Source of the DNA: Picochlorum sp. SENEW3
Taxonomy: Eukaryota
Assembly (NCBI GenBank): GCA_034226945.1
Contig: CP120463.1
Location: 434,001 to 498,000, forward strand
Direction of reading: 5' to 3'
Length of the DNA: 64,000 nucleotides
Shown: piece by piece, positions 10,668-22,800 of the stretch
Position numbering within the stretch: the first letter of the stretch is position 1
Layout of the letters: the number at the start of each line of letters is the position of its first letter
Notes under the pieces: model-generated
The model's database searches: none
Seen by the model: the letters and a program-made list of their open reading frames with translations, nothing else
Told to the model about the DNA's origin: nothing
Position numbers and translations under genes: made by a program

Positions 10668-12467
10668 ATGGCGAGTCGAATTGTAGGACTGGTTCAGTCA
10701 GTCCAACTCAAACTCAAAATAGAAGCATGTACGCATGGAGATGACGAACCCGCACCAAGTACGTGGATAATCTTACATGTAGATATGCTGGAGATAGATG
10801 TTGATGTCTCGTATGGCTGTGTAGTTTACAGGATGGATGAAGTATTGGAGACTGTTGGACGAGATGCGAAGAATATCGATGATGCTGTGGATTGTATTGC
10901 TCAGAGGTTGCAATATAGGTCTTCAAATGTGAAGCAGAAGAGTTTAAAGCTCGTGAAATATGTTGCACAAAAGGGGTCTCCAGAGTTTCAACGAGGTTTG
11001 AATAGGCTTGCTCCTTTGATTCGTGAGCTGACGCATTATACATGTGCCCCGGATCAATTCAAAGGTGATATTCCTTGGAAACGGGTGCAGCAGTATGCGA
11101 AAGAAGCGTTGGATGTGATTCATCATGGGGTTGGTGATGGGGGAAGTAGCAGGAGTGGGATGGTTGGGTTTGGCAGTGATCAGCAGCAGTCGGGCTTGAC
11201 ACCCTTGTCTCCTCCGACATCCACGGCGTTTGGCACGACATTTTCTGTGGGATTGAAGGATATACGAGACTCTGCGATAGAGGCTTTCGGGTCTGGGACG
11301 AGTATGGGGAGGAGGAGTATGGGGAACAGCATGGGGAGGTCTTCGGAAAGACCAACAATTCGTCATGTGGCTGGAACGACAGAGACATCGCCGCCGTCGG
11401 CATCGAGGTATACGCATGAGGTCAAGGCTGTCGATCGATTCTGTTCTCGGGGTAGTAGTGTGCGTGTGGCGCCTACTGTAGAGGAGTGCCAAACATTTGC
11501 ATCCAGTGTTGCAGGGCGTGATGGGACTGCCCTTGCAAAGGCAATGGAGAAGAATATACAGAATGGGAGGTGGCAAGAGTCCCTACGTGCTCTTTGTGTA
11601 TTGGATGTGATATCAAAGCCTGATAGACAATGCCATGCGACAGATGAGGCAATCCTTTCGTACTTTAAAGGCCATCCACAGGCACTGCAGCAGGCTACCA
11701 GATCGGCACAAGAGCGTGTGAGGTCAAAATCGGTCTCCGTCTTGTCACATATTGGCGTGGCAGAAGAAGATCAAGCAAACCCATCGAATGGGAAGGAGAA
11801 TGGTGGGTCACTGCTGCTGTCTCTTGAAGAGACATCATCACATGGTGATGATGACCGTCCTGCACACGACACCCAGGAATCTACTAAACAGCCAGAGCCG
11901 ACTGTGTTGCTAGATGAGATGAGCAGTCTGTTGTTGGATGATTACCCGGCAGTTCAACTACAGAATGAACAGGCTGTGCCCAACAGCCCTGTGGCTGGTC
12001 TGGTGAGCCCATCCGTGTCCAACACATCAGGACATGTACACAGTACAACAAGTGATCCATTTGGAGATTGGACCGAGCCATCACCGCAATCCAATCCTCC
12101 TCTGGACATGTTCTCAAGCCAGCCCCCAGCCATGCAAGAGCAGAACATCACAGATCCATTCCTCTCCATTGAAAGCCCCCATGCTACTGCAAATACTTTT
12201 CTTGGCGAACAGAATGCTGCTTCTGCTGAACAGACAAAAGCCACCACCACGAGTACAGAGGACATCTTGAACATGTTTGGATCCACCACCACACCAGTAT
12301 TGACTGCCCCCCAGGCAAACACCACAGCCCAACCCAGCAGGTCTGATTCATCGAGCGCATGGCATGCAGCAACAAGTGGATTCTCCAGCTCCCAGCGAGA
12401 GGACGCCGCATTCGACTTTGTCAAATCAGCCATGGCAGATGTGACCAAAAACCAGGCCATGAAGTAA
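10668..12467 (+). CDS. ENTH/VHS-domain protein, MTV1/tepsin-like (AP-4 accessory); in-frame intron 10759-10824
   Basis: N-terminus IEACTHGDDEPAP|IYRMDE...RLQYRSSNVKQKSLKLVKY...THYTCAPDQFKGD matches the MTV1 pattern; low-complexity tail with DPF motifs and terminal AFDFV. Confidence 0.82.
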   Translation: MASRIVGLVQSVQLKLKIEACTHGDDEPAPSTWIILHVDMLEIDVDVSYGCVVYRMDEVLETVGRDAKNIDDAVDCIAQRLQYRSSNVKQKSLKLVKYVAQKGSPEFQRGLNRLAPLIRELTHYTCAPDQFKGDIPWKRVQQYAKEALDVIHHGVGDGGSSRSGMVGFGSDQQQSGLTPLSPPTSTAFGTTFSVGLKDIRDSAIEAFGSGTSMGRRSMGNSMGRSSERPTIRHVAGTTETSPPSASRYTHEVKAVDRFCSRGSSVRVAPTVEECQTFASSVAGRDGTALAKAMEKNIQNGRWQESLRALCVLDVISKPDRQCHATDEAILSYFKGHPQALQQATRSAQERVRSKSVSVLSHIGVAEEDQANPSNGKENGGSLLLSLEETSSHGDDDRPAHDTQESTKQPEPTVLLDEMSSLLLDDYPAVQLQNEQAVPNSPVAGLVSPSVSNTSGHVHSTTSDPFGDWTEPSPQSNPPLDMFSSQPPAMQEQNITDPFLSIESPHATANTFLGEQNAASAEQTKATTTSTEDILNMFGSTTTPVLTAPQANTTAQPSRSDSSSAWHAATSGFSSSQREDAAFDFVKSAMADVTKNQAMK

Positions 12468-12657
12468 AACAAAAGCCCCATGATGATGAGCATGCCCATC
12501 AAAGGCATTGGTCGACCGAGCATACATCTGCTCTGCTGCAGCCACACATGCGCCATCTTGATTGCGGCAGATGGACAATGTATCCATTCATTCTCCTCCC
12601 CCGTCAATTCCCTATAGATATAAATCAATTGATTTAACACAGCCATTCTAGCACACA

Positions 12658-13409
12658 ATGGCGCACGCAGTCTCTCAGCAACTTGCTCGCCTGACCGTGG
12701 GAGGAAACGACGTACGTCTTTATATTCTCGACTGATCCATACAATGTAGTATCATACATTCACCAATAGCATCCAAAATTGCAGTCCGTCAAGTCCTATA
12801 GCGGTTTCAGGGCCATGAATACCGTGAGAGTTCCATCCGTGGTAGCCAATCGCGGCGTCTCGAGTGGCCGTGGAACTCTTCAGATAATGGCAGCTCGTGT
12901 CGGAGGAGTGGAAATTCCAAATGCAAAGCCAATTGAATACTCTCTTCAGTACATTTATGGAATCGGGCACACCACCGCCAAGGCCATTTGCGTTGACACT
13001 GTACGTTCAGACTGATTTGCAAGACTGTATGTGTTTCTGACCCTACTGATGCCACGAGGTGTTTTTCTCTCTTCTGTACAGGGTATTGCGGGAACTGTTC
13101 GCACCAGAGATTTGACAGAGGATGATCTGACAAAGCTTCGTGAGGAGGTGGACAAGTATACCACAGAGGGTGACTTGAGGAGATATGTAAACCTGAACAT
13201 CAAGAGGTTAAAAGAGATTGGATGCTATCGTGGACGTAGACACATCAACGTACGTGTAATTACTATATACTCATAGAATGATTGTGATGAATGCAATGCC
13301 TGATATATGGTATCGACTGCAGGGTCTTCCAACTCGTGGACAGAACACAAAGAACAATGCAAGAACTCGCAAGGGTAGAGCCGTGGCTATTCCAGGAAAG
13401 AAGAAGTAA
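12658..13409 (+). CDS. RPS13: organellar (probably plastid) 30S ribosomal protein S13 with transit peptide; 4 exons
   Basis: [32 protein letters not shown]|...[55 protein letters not shown] introns. Confidence 0.95.
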
Positions 13410-13726
13410 GTGAAGACGTTCCTCAGATGCTACCAATGATCTTTATAGTGTTGTTGTTGTTGTTGTAATAATCATAACGATTCATTCTTAGTTAGTACCA
13501 TGCCATCACCTCTCAATGATGAGAGAATCATCACAGTAGTGATGATGGCCAGCTAGCTGGCGATCGACGGATATCCGTCTGCAAGACATCCAGATGATGT
13601 GGTATATTCGAGTCTCATGATGCATGCATGCATCTACTAGTCCTAAAAAATCATATATATTGAATTGGGATTGTTGATGGGGTCGTAGAACGCCATACGC
13701 GTGTTGTGGAGCGACCAGCATTTCAC

Positions 13727-16085
13727 ATGGTAAAGCAGCAGAACAGCAAGGCTCTTTCGTTTCAGTCCATGCCTGGTCTTGATTCTCGATATACACGATT
13801 GACTTTTGTACCTGCTAGATATGCCACTGAGAGACCTACGAATCATTTAGAATCGAATATTGTGCTGCTAGATAGCGAGACGGTACGAACCGGTAACAAT
13901 GCCGTGCCATGCGGCTTTTCAGACTGAGTATTGTTTTGTATGTCTGTGTAGCCTGGAGACTCCAAGATGGGTCGTAAGAAAGGAATTCGGTCGCAGGGGC
14001 CCAGGACGAGGAGTCAGAAGGAGTTGTTTCCTGCTGACGAGTTGAGTATGGAGTGGTCTCAGGTTAGGAGGGTTGGGTCTGGTCTGACAAACTTGGGGAA
14101 TACATGTTTTATGAATTCAGTGCTGCAATGTTTGATTCATACTCCTCCTTTGGCAGAGTTGTTACTGTCTGGGAGGAATGTGACGTATACTCGCGTGGAT
14201 CATGGGGAATTGGATCCTATTGGGATGACGCAGAGGCTTATCCAAGAGTCCTTGATGGGGAAGCGGGAGTATGTGTCTCCGGTGCAGCATGCGAAATCAT
14301 TGAAGCGAATTAATAGATGGTGCGTTGTTGGTTTGGGGTGGTGGCATGGTATGGATGATGACAATGTGTAACGTGAGTCTCTTGGAGCAGCGTTTGTCTG
14401 TATCCTGGACAAGGATTCTGTTTATAGTCATAGTTACACTGACATACTGGATGGATTATTGTATTACTGGATTCGTGATGCGTAAAACAATACAAGAGCA
14501 TTATGTGTATTTTTTTAATACCTGGATATGCAGGTTCAAGCTGGGCAGACAAGAGGATGCGCACGAGTACCTGATTGCATTGCTTGATGCTATGCATGAT
14601 CGGAGCATTTCAGGGATGAATCCAAAACCGAGTAGAGAATTAGAATACACCTCATTTATTTATCGGATATTTGGTGGAAAGATTCGATCTCAGTTGAAGT
14701 GTACCCAGTGTGACTACGAGTCCAATACCTATGATCCCTTCTTGGATTTGTCGCTCGAAATCACCCGAGCCCATAGCGTGCAAAAGGCGTTGCAGCGTTT
14801 TACCGCAGGGGAAGTTCTTGATGGCGCCAATAGTTATAAATGCCCAAAGCAGAATACGATGGTCAAGGCAGTGAAGCGGATGACGATTGAGGATGTGCCC
14901 AACGTGCTGATTGTGCAGCTGAAGCGCTTTGAATTCAGTAGATCTGGTCGCAAGATTTCCAAGCATGTCGATTTTGATCCAGTGTTGGATATATCTTCAT
15001 TTATGAGTCATCCAACAAAGCATGCTGCATTGTATGATTTGTATGGGATTCTTGTTCATCAGGGGCACAGTATGCACAGTGGTCATTATTATTGCTTTTT
15101 AAAGGGGACTGGTGGAGGAGAGTGGCATAAATTTGATGATACGCGAGTATGTGCGACGAGTTCAAGGAATGCCATGGGTCAGTCACCATACATTTTGTTT
15201 TATATCAAGAGACAGGTTGCCCCTGAAGGAAAACATGTTGGAAAGGAGGAGGATGTGGTAGAAAAGACACCAGTGGCGCAAGTAGAGAAAGACAAGAAGA
15301 AGAAGAAGAAAAAGAAAAAGATCCATACGCCTGTGGAAGAAACCACACAAAAGGAAGAGGAGGAGGAGGAGCCTGTTGCTCGGCGGAAAGTCGGTAAAAG
15401 AAAAATGTCTGCTGAGGAGCAAGAACAGTCCATGATGCTTCATCAGAAAAAGGCGAAGAAGAAGAAAAAGCCTTCATCGTCACCAAAAGAGGAGGATATG
15501 AGGCCTACTGTGAAATCTCCACTCAGGAGAGTCCGGCGGGGTCGAGTCAATGGATACATTGGTTTCTCCCCCATTGCCCAGCACACAGCGATGCTTTTGA
15601 AAAGCGCGCAGAAACAGCATACTAAGGAACGTAGTAGCACGTTGGGCTCTCCGAGTAGCGCGGCGGACGGAAAGAAACATGAGAGTAATGGACCCACTCG
15701 AAAGACAAAAAGAGCAAATGGTTCCTTGGGTCACAAGGCATCAAATGGCCCCTCCACGGGTCGCAAAGAGGGCAAGGCAAAGATACGAGGAAAGGATGCT
15801 GTAGCAAGCTATAAGACGAGCGCAGTTGGAATGGGATTGCAGCAATGGGATGACGTTGACATTGACAGTAAGAGACAGAGAGACCGGAACATGTGGAAGA
15901 CTGTGGTCCCAAGAAAGGAAATAGATGCATATGATGCAGAGTATGACAAGGGAAAGACGAAACGAATAAAGGATAAGACAAAATCTAGCGGATATTTAGG
16001 CTCCACGGCATTTGATGTCGTGGCGAAGAAACTTCGAAATGCCAAAAAAGGCTTGAAAAAGAGTCTGGGGTTTGGTACCATGTAA
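13727..16085 (+). CDS. ubiquitin-specific protease, UBP23/USP36/USP42-like; exons 13727-13882, 13952-14319, 14534-16085
   Basis: Cys box [28 protein letters not shown], His box [22 protein letters not shown], Lys-rich tail with [14 protein letters not shown]; junctions keep frame. Confidence 0.92.
14349..14447 (+). ncRNA. SNORD46: intronic box C/D snoRNA, U46/SNORD46/snR63-type (LSU rRNA 2'-O-methylation guide)
   Basis: Terminal stem GTATG(14349)/CATAC(14443); box C ATGATGA 14355-14361; box D CTGA 14439-14442; guide AGTCATAGTTAC 14426-14437 is the reverse complement of the conserved LSU rRNA sequence GUAACUAUGACU. Confidence 0.88.
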
Positions 16086-16232
16086 AAAAATGAATTGCCG
16101 ATTAACCATTGTGTTCGATGGGCCATGAGGAAAATAGCGAACTGCTGCTACGCAACATACAGGAGTGTCCTTCTTCCAGAGTTATCAGCAGTCTTTTAAT
16201 TCTAAAATATAACCCTACAGATCGTGACAGGC

Positions 16233-17540
16233 ATGGCATTCAACTTTGGCGCGTCATCAACAACGGTGCGAAGACACTGCGATTTTATTTTCAGTGGCAC
16301 ATCGTGCCCGTTGCAGGATAGATATCCTGTATTCTCATGTATTTACTATGTTTATATGCAGGCGCCAACGTTCAGTTTTAGCTCGACGCCATCGTCAGGG
16401 GCAGGGGCTTCGCCACTTGCAAAAACGTCTTCCACTCCACTTTTTGGCGGTCAGACTGGGACAACAACTCCTGGGTTGTTTGGGTCGCAGAACACGGCTG
16501 CTGGAACAAGCTCACCAGGATTCTCTTTCGGTGGAGCAACAGCCCAGCAGCAGCCATCCAGTGGTGGGCTGTTTGGCTCGGCATCATCACAGCCAAGTTC
16601 TTTAGCAGGGGGAGGAGGGTTTTCCTTTAGCACACAGCAGCAGCCAACAACGTCACCGTTGTTTGGCGGTGGACAGCAGCAACCCAGTATGTTTTCTTCG
16701 GGAACAACATCGAATGCTCTCGTCCCATCTTTGAGTACTGGAGCGCAGGTTTCTGGCACGGCACAGCCACCTGACGATTCTGCTATTCGAGAAATACAGA
16801 GCATTCAGGAGTCATACGTGGCCGCTCCGGGGAATTCACGATTCAAATTTCAGTATTTATTCTTAAATGTAGTAGAAAATCCTGCAGCTCGCGTGAAACC
16901 GGGCGATGTGGATGAGCTGCAGTGGAGAGAAGCCATGCGCAGGGCTGGTGGACCCGAGAATCCACAGCATTTATGGCCAGTGCCATGCCATGGATTTAAA
17001 GGTCTCCTGGAGCGGAAGCAGGCACAAAACGAAGCGATTAAAGAGCATAAAGAGAGACTAGAATCTTTGCAAAAGAGTGTTGCAGCACTGGCGAATCGTC
17101 ACGAGACGGTCGTTAGGGTGCAAATGGATGCCATCAAAGCCAGACAGCAGGAACTCTCACAACAACTGCTTGCAACACTGAGGCATATCGACTCAATGGA
17201 GGGTAGATTTTCTCGCGCGGTAGGGTACGACACATCCACTCCGAGAAAGTTGTTAAAAAAATTGGACGATGAATTGCGGCGAATGGAGTCTGTGATCGCA
17301 GCGAATTCAGCACATGGGCTGTTAGGGCGAGTGGATTCTGTGGCGTCTGCTGCCAGAGTTCAGGCAGGGGGCCATTACGGCCCGCAAACGGATGCCGCTA
17401 TTGACGAAACATCATTATCGCAAGCGTTCATGATACTCAAGGACTACTCAGATGCTATAGGAAAAATGCAGGACGCCATCCATCGACAGGCTAGAGATGT
17501 TGCAGTGCTTCAGGATTGCAAAAGTACAGGAGAGCAGTAA
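16233..17540 (+). CDS. NUP54: nucleoporin Nup54; in-frame intron 16266-16361
   Basis: N-terminal FG/GLFG repeats, then FQYLFLNVV...LWPVPCHGFKGLLERKQAQ and a coiled coil typical of Nup54/Nup57. Confidence 0.88.
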   Translation: MAFNFGASSTTVRRHCDFIFSGTSCPLQDRYPVFSCIYYVYMQAPTFSFSSTPSSGAGASPLAKTSSTPLFGGQTGTTTPGLFGSQNTAAGTSSPGFSFGGATAQQQPSSGGLFGSASSQPSSLAGGGGFSFSTQQQPTTSPLFGGGQQQPSMFSSGTTSNALVPSLSTGAQVSGTAQPPDDSAIREIQSIQESYVAAPGNSRFKFQYLFLNVVENPAARVKPGDVDELQWREAMRRAGGPENPQHLWPVPCHGFKGLLERKQAQNEAIKEHKERLESLQKSVAALANRHETVVRVQMDAIKARQQELSQQLLATLRHIDSMEGRFSRAVGYDTSTPRKLLKKLDDELRRMESVIAANSAHGLLGRVDSVASAARVQAGGHYGPQTDAAIDETSLSQAFMILKDYSDAIGKMQDAIHRQARDVAVLQDCKSTGEQ

Positions 17541-17596
17541 GACATCATAGTTACCGTATTTATCTATAATACAAACAAAATATACCAATCTCGTTG

Positions 17597-18352
17597 TTAA
17601 TTCGCACGACTTTCTCTATTCCCTTGCTCCACATCATCATCAGGAGTGGAATCGACATGGTCACCATTGTCTCCAGGCGGTGTCTCCTCCTCCGCTGCTT
17701 CCTCCCGCCGGCGCTCTCGTCTCCTCCTCCTTCTTTCCTGCCTTTCCTCATCTCTATCCCTTTCGCGAGACGCGCTTCTATTAGGCAAAATTGTCTGTGA
17801 TTGAGGCAAAAGTTCCTTTGCACCCCGATCTGCCTCTTCTTCTTCTGAAAATGACAAGTACTCCCTGCACAATGGACATGCCGTGTGCAATCGCTGTCGA
17901 CTCACCATTCTCCTAAAACAACTCTCACACGTGCCATGCTTGCATTTTGTAAACACAATACACTCCCGCAACTCTTCCTTCGTCTTGAGACAGATAGGAC
18001 ACTCGTCAATTGCCAGGTCGTCATCCATCTGGATCTTTTGAATATGAAACGTAAACTTTTGTGGTTCCTCTTGGGAGGAGGACATGGTCCATCGACCGGC
18101 GACCAACATGGTCGCAGGCACTTGTCCCGAACGAAGCGCTTTTTGAAACCTCCATCTCTTGTATAGAAAGAATCCTATCAAATACAGAACCATGACAGTT
18201 GCCAAACACGCAATCACAATCACAGCCACAGGCACATGGCATTCAATGCCATTGCATGGAACCACCCAAGAATACCGATGATAATGCGAATAATTCGTCT
18301 CGTGCAGCAGCATTCTGCCCACATAATTCTCAGAATCTATATACACCTCCAT
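17597..18352 (-). CDS. single-TM RING-HC (C3HC4) protein, putative E3 ligase
   Basis: TM segment VPVAVIVIACLATVMVLYLIGFFLY followed by basic residues, then CPIC...CKHGTCESC...CPLC. Start uncertain (first in-frame ATG 18352). Confidence 0.8.
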   Translation of the reverse strand: MEVYIDSENYVGRMLLHETNYSHYHRYSWVVPCNGIECHVPVAVIVIACLATVMVLYLIGFFLYKRWRFQKALRSGQVPATMLVAGRWTMSSSQEEPQKFTFHIQKIQMDDDLAIDECPICLKTKEELRECIVFTKCKHGTCESCFRRMVSRQRLHTACPLCREYLSFSEEEEADRGAKELLPQSQTILPNRSASRERDRDEERQERRRRRRERRREEAAEEETPPGDNGDHVDSTPDDDVEQGNRESRAN

Positions 18353-18888
18353 CGTGTCTATACAAGGGCCCAGTACTGCCAATGCCCCTGTTATTTTCCT
18401 TCAGTTCTCAAGTAGTCAACAACTGGCGCTACGGGTCTTTCACCCCTGAGGCTATACCATTCCCGGAACCATCACCAAATCAAAGATGAAGCTTTTCAAA
18501 ATAGTCTGTGAACCGGTAGCAATAAACCCGTACTTTTTGCCGCCAACAGCAAATACCCTATGACAACGTGGTGTTATGAAACTGGGTAGCCTCTCTACCC
18601 GGTTCTTGTATGGACACAGGTATCAATGCTTGTAAAACTCTATCAAAAATATGCAGGCAGCTAAAAATGATGCCATATAAGGAAAACGTGTTGTTCATGG
18701 TACTTTCTGGTTCTAGAGCATATTGCGCGACATGAGGCCATCCGAACGAATCGAAGAATCTTTCATGGAATCTTCCTAGAATCTGGAGCTGTTTTTTCTA
18801 TAACATAGAACGACGAGGCATATCTTATTTCATATTCCTTGCACCATGACTACGAGTCATCTGTACATGGTAATCAGTAACACATGCA

Positions 18889-19530
18889 TCATCGCAGGCG
18901 TTTGACCATGTACCAAAACCCAAGCGTTCCTGAAATGGGCAAGCACACCAGTGGAGATGTGATGCACAAAAGCATCCAGAGAATAGGCCGCCTGAAACCT
19001 TCTCTTTGATATAGATGGATCGCACGATTCGTTGCCTCCACATGCAGCGTCATTTTCCGACAGCTGTGTGCCCGAGCTTGCTCTTCCGCCCATGCCATCA
19101 GGGCTTGCCCCACTCCTCTGCCTCGCGCCTCCTTTGATACGCTGATGATGACCACGTAGCATTCCTTCTTCCAGGGTGCCTGACTGAACATGGTTTCAAT
19201 TTTCGACACCCGCAATCGAAGGCACACCGGAAACTTCACTTTGCCGGCAGCTCCAAAAAAACTCTTTGGATTGTCAACAGCATAGTATGGTTCCTTGGAT
19301 GGGTGGAACTTTATGACAATCATGCCCGCCAATTTCCCCTCGTTCTGTGGATCCCGCACCACACCAATACACGCAGGGTTCACTTCGAGCCATATCTGCT
19401 CCCAGACGGCCTTTGCCCGTTCCTGACTCATCCCCACATGACGGCATTTTGCAGGAAACCCTTCAGCCATGAGCTGACCCATCTCGGCAAAATCCCTAGG
19501 GTGGTTTGGATGAACCACGTCAAAGGGCAT
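18889..19530 (-). CDS. GNAT-family N-acetyltransferase
   Basis: Motif A ISVSKEARGRGVGQALM and motif B LHVEATNRAIHLYQREGF; intronless. Confidence 0.88.
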   Translation of the reverse strand: MPFDVVHPNHPRDFAEMGQLMAEGFPAKCRHVGMSQERAKAVWEQIWLEVNPACIGVVRDPQNEGKLAGMIVIKFHPSKEPYYAVDNPKSFFGAAGKVKFPVCLRLRVSKIETMFSQAPWKKECYVVIISVSKEARGRGVGQALMAWAEEQARAHSCRKMTLHVEATNRAIHLYQREGFRRPILWMLLCITSPLVCLPISGTLGFWYMVKRLR

Positions 19531-19824
19531 TATCGGGGTCTGAATCTGCTACTACTATTTCCGAGATCTGTTCCAGGATCTTGTTTTACAGTATCAACAA
19601 TTGAATCAATACTACAACCCCTACTCCAATGATGAAGAGGTGATGAATCCCATACGTGAATAGCGTAATCGTCCTTGATTAAAACATTAGAATATTGAAA
19701 TTCAAATGTGTTGTTAGCATCTCGCTGACAGATGTTCGAAAATTCAGAGGATTAGGGATACGTTGCTATTAATCTAATATCCCTCGTAGCACTATCAATA
19801 TTATTTTTTAATAAAATAGTTAGT

Positions 19825-22800
19825 ATGGATGGTCAAGGGAGAGCTCGGCGGAGAGCTGTGACTGAGCGGGGTGGAAAGAAATTTCGAAATGCGCTCGATG
19901 AATTACGCGAGTTGAAAAAGAGTGGGAAGAAACGGGTGGATGAATATGAAGTTCAGGAAGAAGATAATGTGTATGACGAGGTGAATGAGGACGAGTATGC
20001 GAGAATTGTTCAGAAGAGACGAGAGGAAGGAGGTGAGTGTTTTGTTTTTATGTGGCTTGGACAAGAATGGAGATGGCAGAGATTGTATGGTATGTATTGT
20101 AGGTGGGTTTGTGGTTGGTCACGATGGACTTGGATACACTGATATTGGCGAGGAGATTGAGTGGGTGAATGAGGATGCGCGTCAGGAGGAGGACAAGAGC
20201 AAGGGGGCAAAGAAGAAGAAGAAGGATGGGAAGAAGAGGCAGGGAGAGGAGCCTGTTCCAGGGGCGAAGGAGCGGATGCAGAAAATGTTTCAAACTGCAG
20301 CTGTGAGGAAGCGTATGGTTGCTCCGCAGCCCAAGGCTGTAGCAAAAGTGGATGCGGTAGAGACGGATGCATTGTTGGATGATATTCTTGGGGACTTGGG
20401 GACGCCTTCCAGCACCAGGAGGACTCATACGTACGTGGATATATATATATATATGTGTGTGTGTGTGTAATGTCGTGCGCTGATGATGATGTTTTGTGTG
20501 CAGTCCATCGACGCACGGAGGAGCACGGAGGAGTGCAGCCCCATCTACGTCGAGGATGTCGACTGTAGGCGGATCTCGTATGAGCACGATGCCGAGGACC
20601 GCGGTGCAGAGGAATCCTGTTGCGACGTTATCGTTTCAGACACCGCGGCAAGAGAGGCAGCGGTATGGGCAGACTGTTGTCCCAAAGGGACAACAAGAGC
20701 AAGATGATGACATGTTGGGAGCTGGGGATGATGGGTGCTATGATGACGGCCTCGTGGATGATGCTGGGTGCTATGATGTTGATGATCCTGCAGATGCAGT
20801 GGTGGCTGATGATGTCCCCGCGAATGTGCATGATGCCGTGCATGATGATGATCCCACAGAGGCACCTGAACCCATGGTGGTTGAGGAGAAGCAGGATGAT
20901 GATCAAACCGATGCAGTGATTGCTGTGAAGCCAGAAGATGCCGTGGTAGCAGATAAAGAGGAGTCTTTGAATAAAGAAGAAGTCGTCACGGACTGGCAGG
21001 CGTTGTATGAGGAAGAGTGTGTAGAAGAGGAGGTTGAGGAGAAACCATGGGTTGATGATGGGTCCCTCTCATTGGACGACAACTCTCGTCTCCCTATGTA
21101 TCTTATTGATGCACACGAAGAAATATCACAACCTGGAACGGTATATCTGTTTGGTAAAACCCCAGTTGGAGACAACCAGTATGCCTCCTGCTGTGCAGTT
21201 GTAAAGGATGTGCAGAGGACATTGTTTGTGGTACCAAAAGAGCGCATCGGGCTGCCATTAGACTTTTTAAAATCGGTGTCAACTGACGAAGAAAAGAGAG
21301 AAAAGCTGACAGAATTGCACACTGCCTTTTCTGATGTCAAGAATGAGGTGAGGCAAGTGCTTGGCAGGCATGGCGTGACAAAAATGACCATGAAACCCGT
21401 TCTCAGGACATATGCTTTTGAGGAAAAATCTGTTTCCCATGGGCAGCAGTGGGTACTGAAAGTGCGTTTCGCTAACTCTCGAAGCTCTTTGCCTCTCCAT
21501 ATAAACGGAGAGCATTTTGAGAGAATATTCGGGACGACACAGACAAGTCTGGAGGCTCTTCTCCTCAAGAGGAAGGTCATGGGGCCATCTTGGATCCATG
21601 TGAGCAAGCCAACACGGGTCGATAAGGGATCTCAAGTATCTTACTGTCATATTGAAGTCGAAGTCCAGGGCCATAAAGCCATTACGTCAGCCCCCGCTGG
21701 ATGGCGACCAGCACCTCCATTATGTGTAGCCTCTCTGTCACTCAAGACTCTCATCAATCCAAACACAGCTGCGAATGAAGTGGTCAGTGCATCGGTTGTC
21801 TATATGCCAAAAGTGACAACAGATGGTCCTCAGGCTGTGTCAAAGAAAGAAATACGACATTTCAGCGTCATTAGAAAATTGGATGGTTTGGGGTATCCCT
21901 CAGGCTTTGAGGCCATGGCAAGAAAAGCAAACGAGAGTGATCTTGGAAAGCGCAATGGTGGCATGATTGTGGCACTGCAACCAAATGAGAGAGCTTTATT
22001 GACCATGATTGTCATGAAGCTGAAAGATCTCGATGTGGATGCATTTGTGGGACACAACTTTTCTGGGTATGATCTTGATGTGCTTCTGCATCGGATGAAG
22101 GAACTCAAGGTGCCTCACTGGGCCTCTCTTGGTCGCCTCAAGAGGAGTAAATTCCCTAATTTGGGCGGAGGAGGACATTCGTATGGAGGTGGTGCAGGTG
22201 CTGGGGCCCTTTCGGTTGTCGCAGGGAGGCTCATCTGTGACACCTACTTGGCAGCCAGGGATTTGGTGAGGGAGACTGAGTACACACTTACTGCTCTCAG
22301 TCGCAATCTTCTTGGTGAACTCCGGGTCGAGGTGCATTCAGCCGACATTAAATCGCGCTTCTTGTCGTCACAGAAACTTCTGGAAATGATTCAGCACACA
22401 GAGAGTGATGCCTGGCTTGCCATGAGGTTGGCTTCCTATCTTGCTGTGTTGCCCTTGACTCGACAGCTGGCTGAACTCTCAGGGTCTTTGTGGAGCAAAG
22501 CTCTTTTGAACCAACGCGCTCAGCGTATTGAATATCTACTGTTGCATGAATTCCACAACAATAAATTCATTTTGCCAGACAAGATGAGTGCAAAAGAAAA
22601 GGCAGCTGCTGCTCCAGAAGGGTCTTCATCCAAAAAAGGTGGCAAAGGTCCTCAGTATGCAGGAGGTTTGGTTTTGGAGCCAAAGAAAGGTCTTTACGAT
22701 AGGTATATCCTTCTATTGGATTTCAATTCTCTATACCCTTCAATCATCCAGGAGTATAATATTTGCTTCACAACAGTTGAACGTCCAGAGGAGGAGGGAG

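Noticed and set aside
13249..13322. GTGATGA...CTGA in the last RPS13 intron
   Set aside because: Boxes are only 9 nt apart, too short for a C/D snoRNA. The ATGATGA words in the CHC, TRM6 and DGK introns lack a downstream D box and guide.
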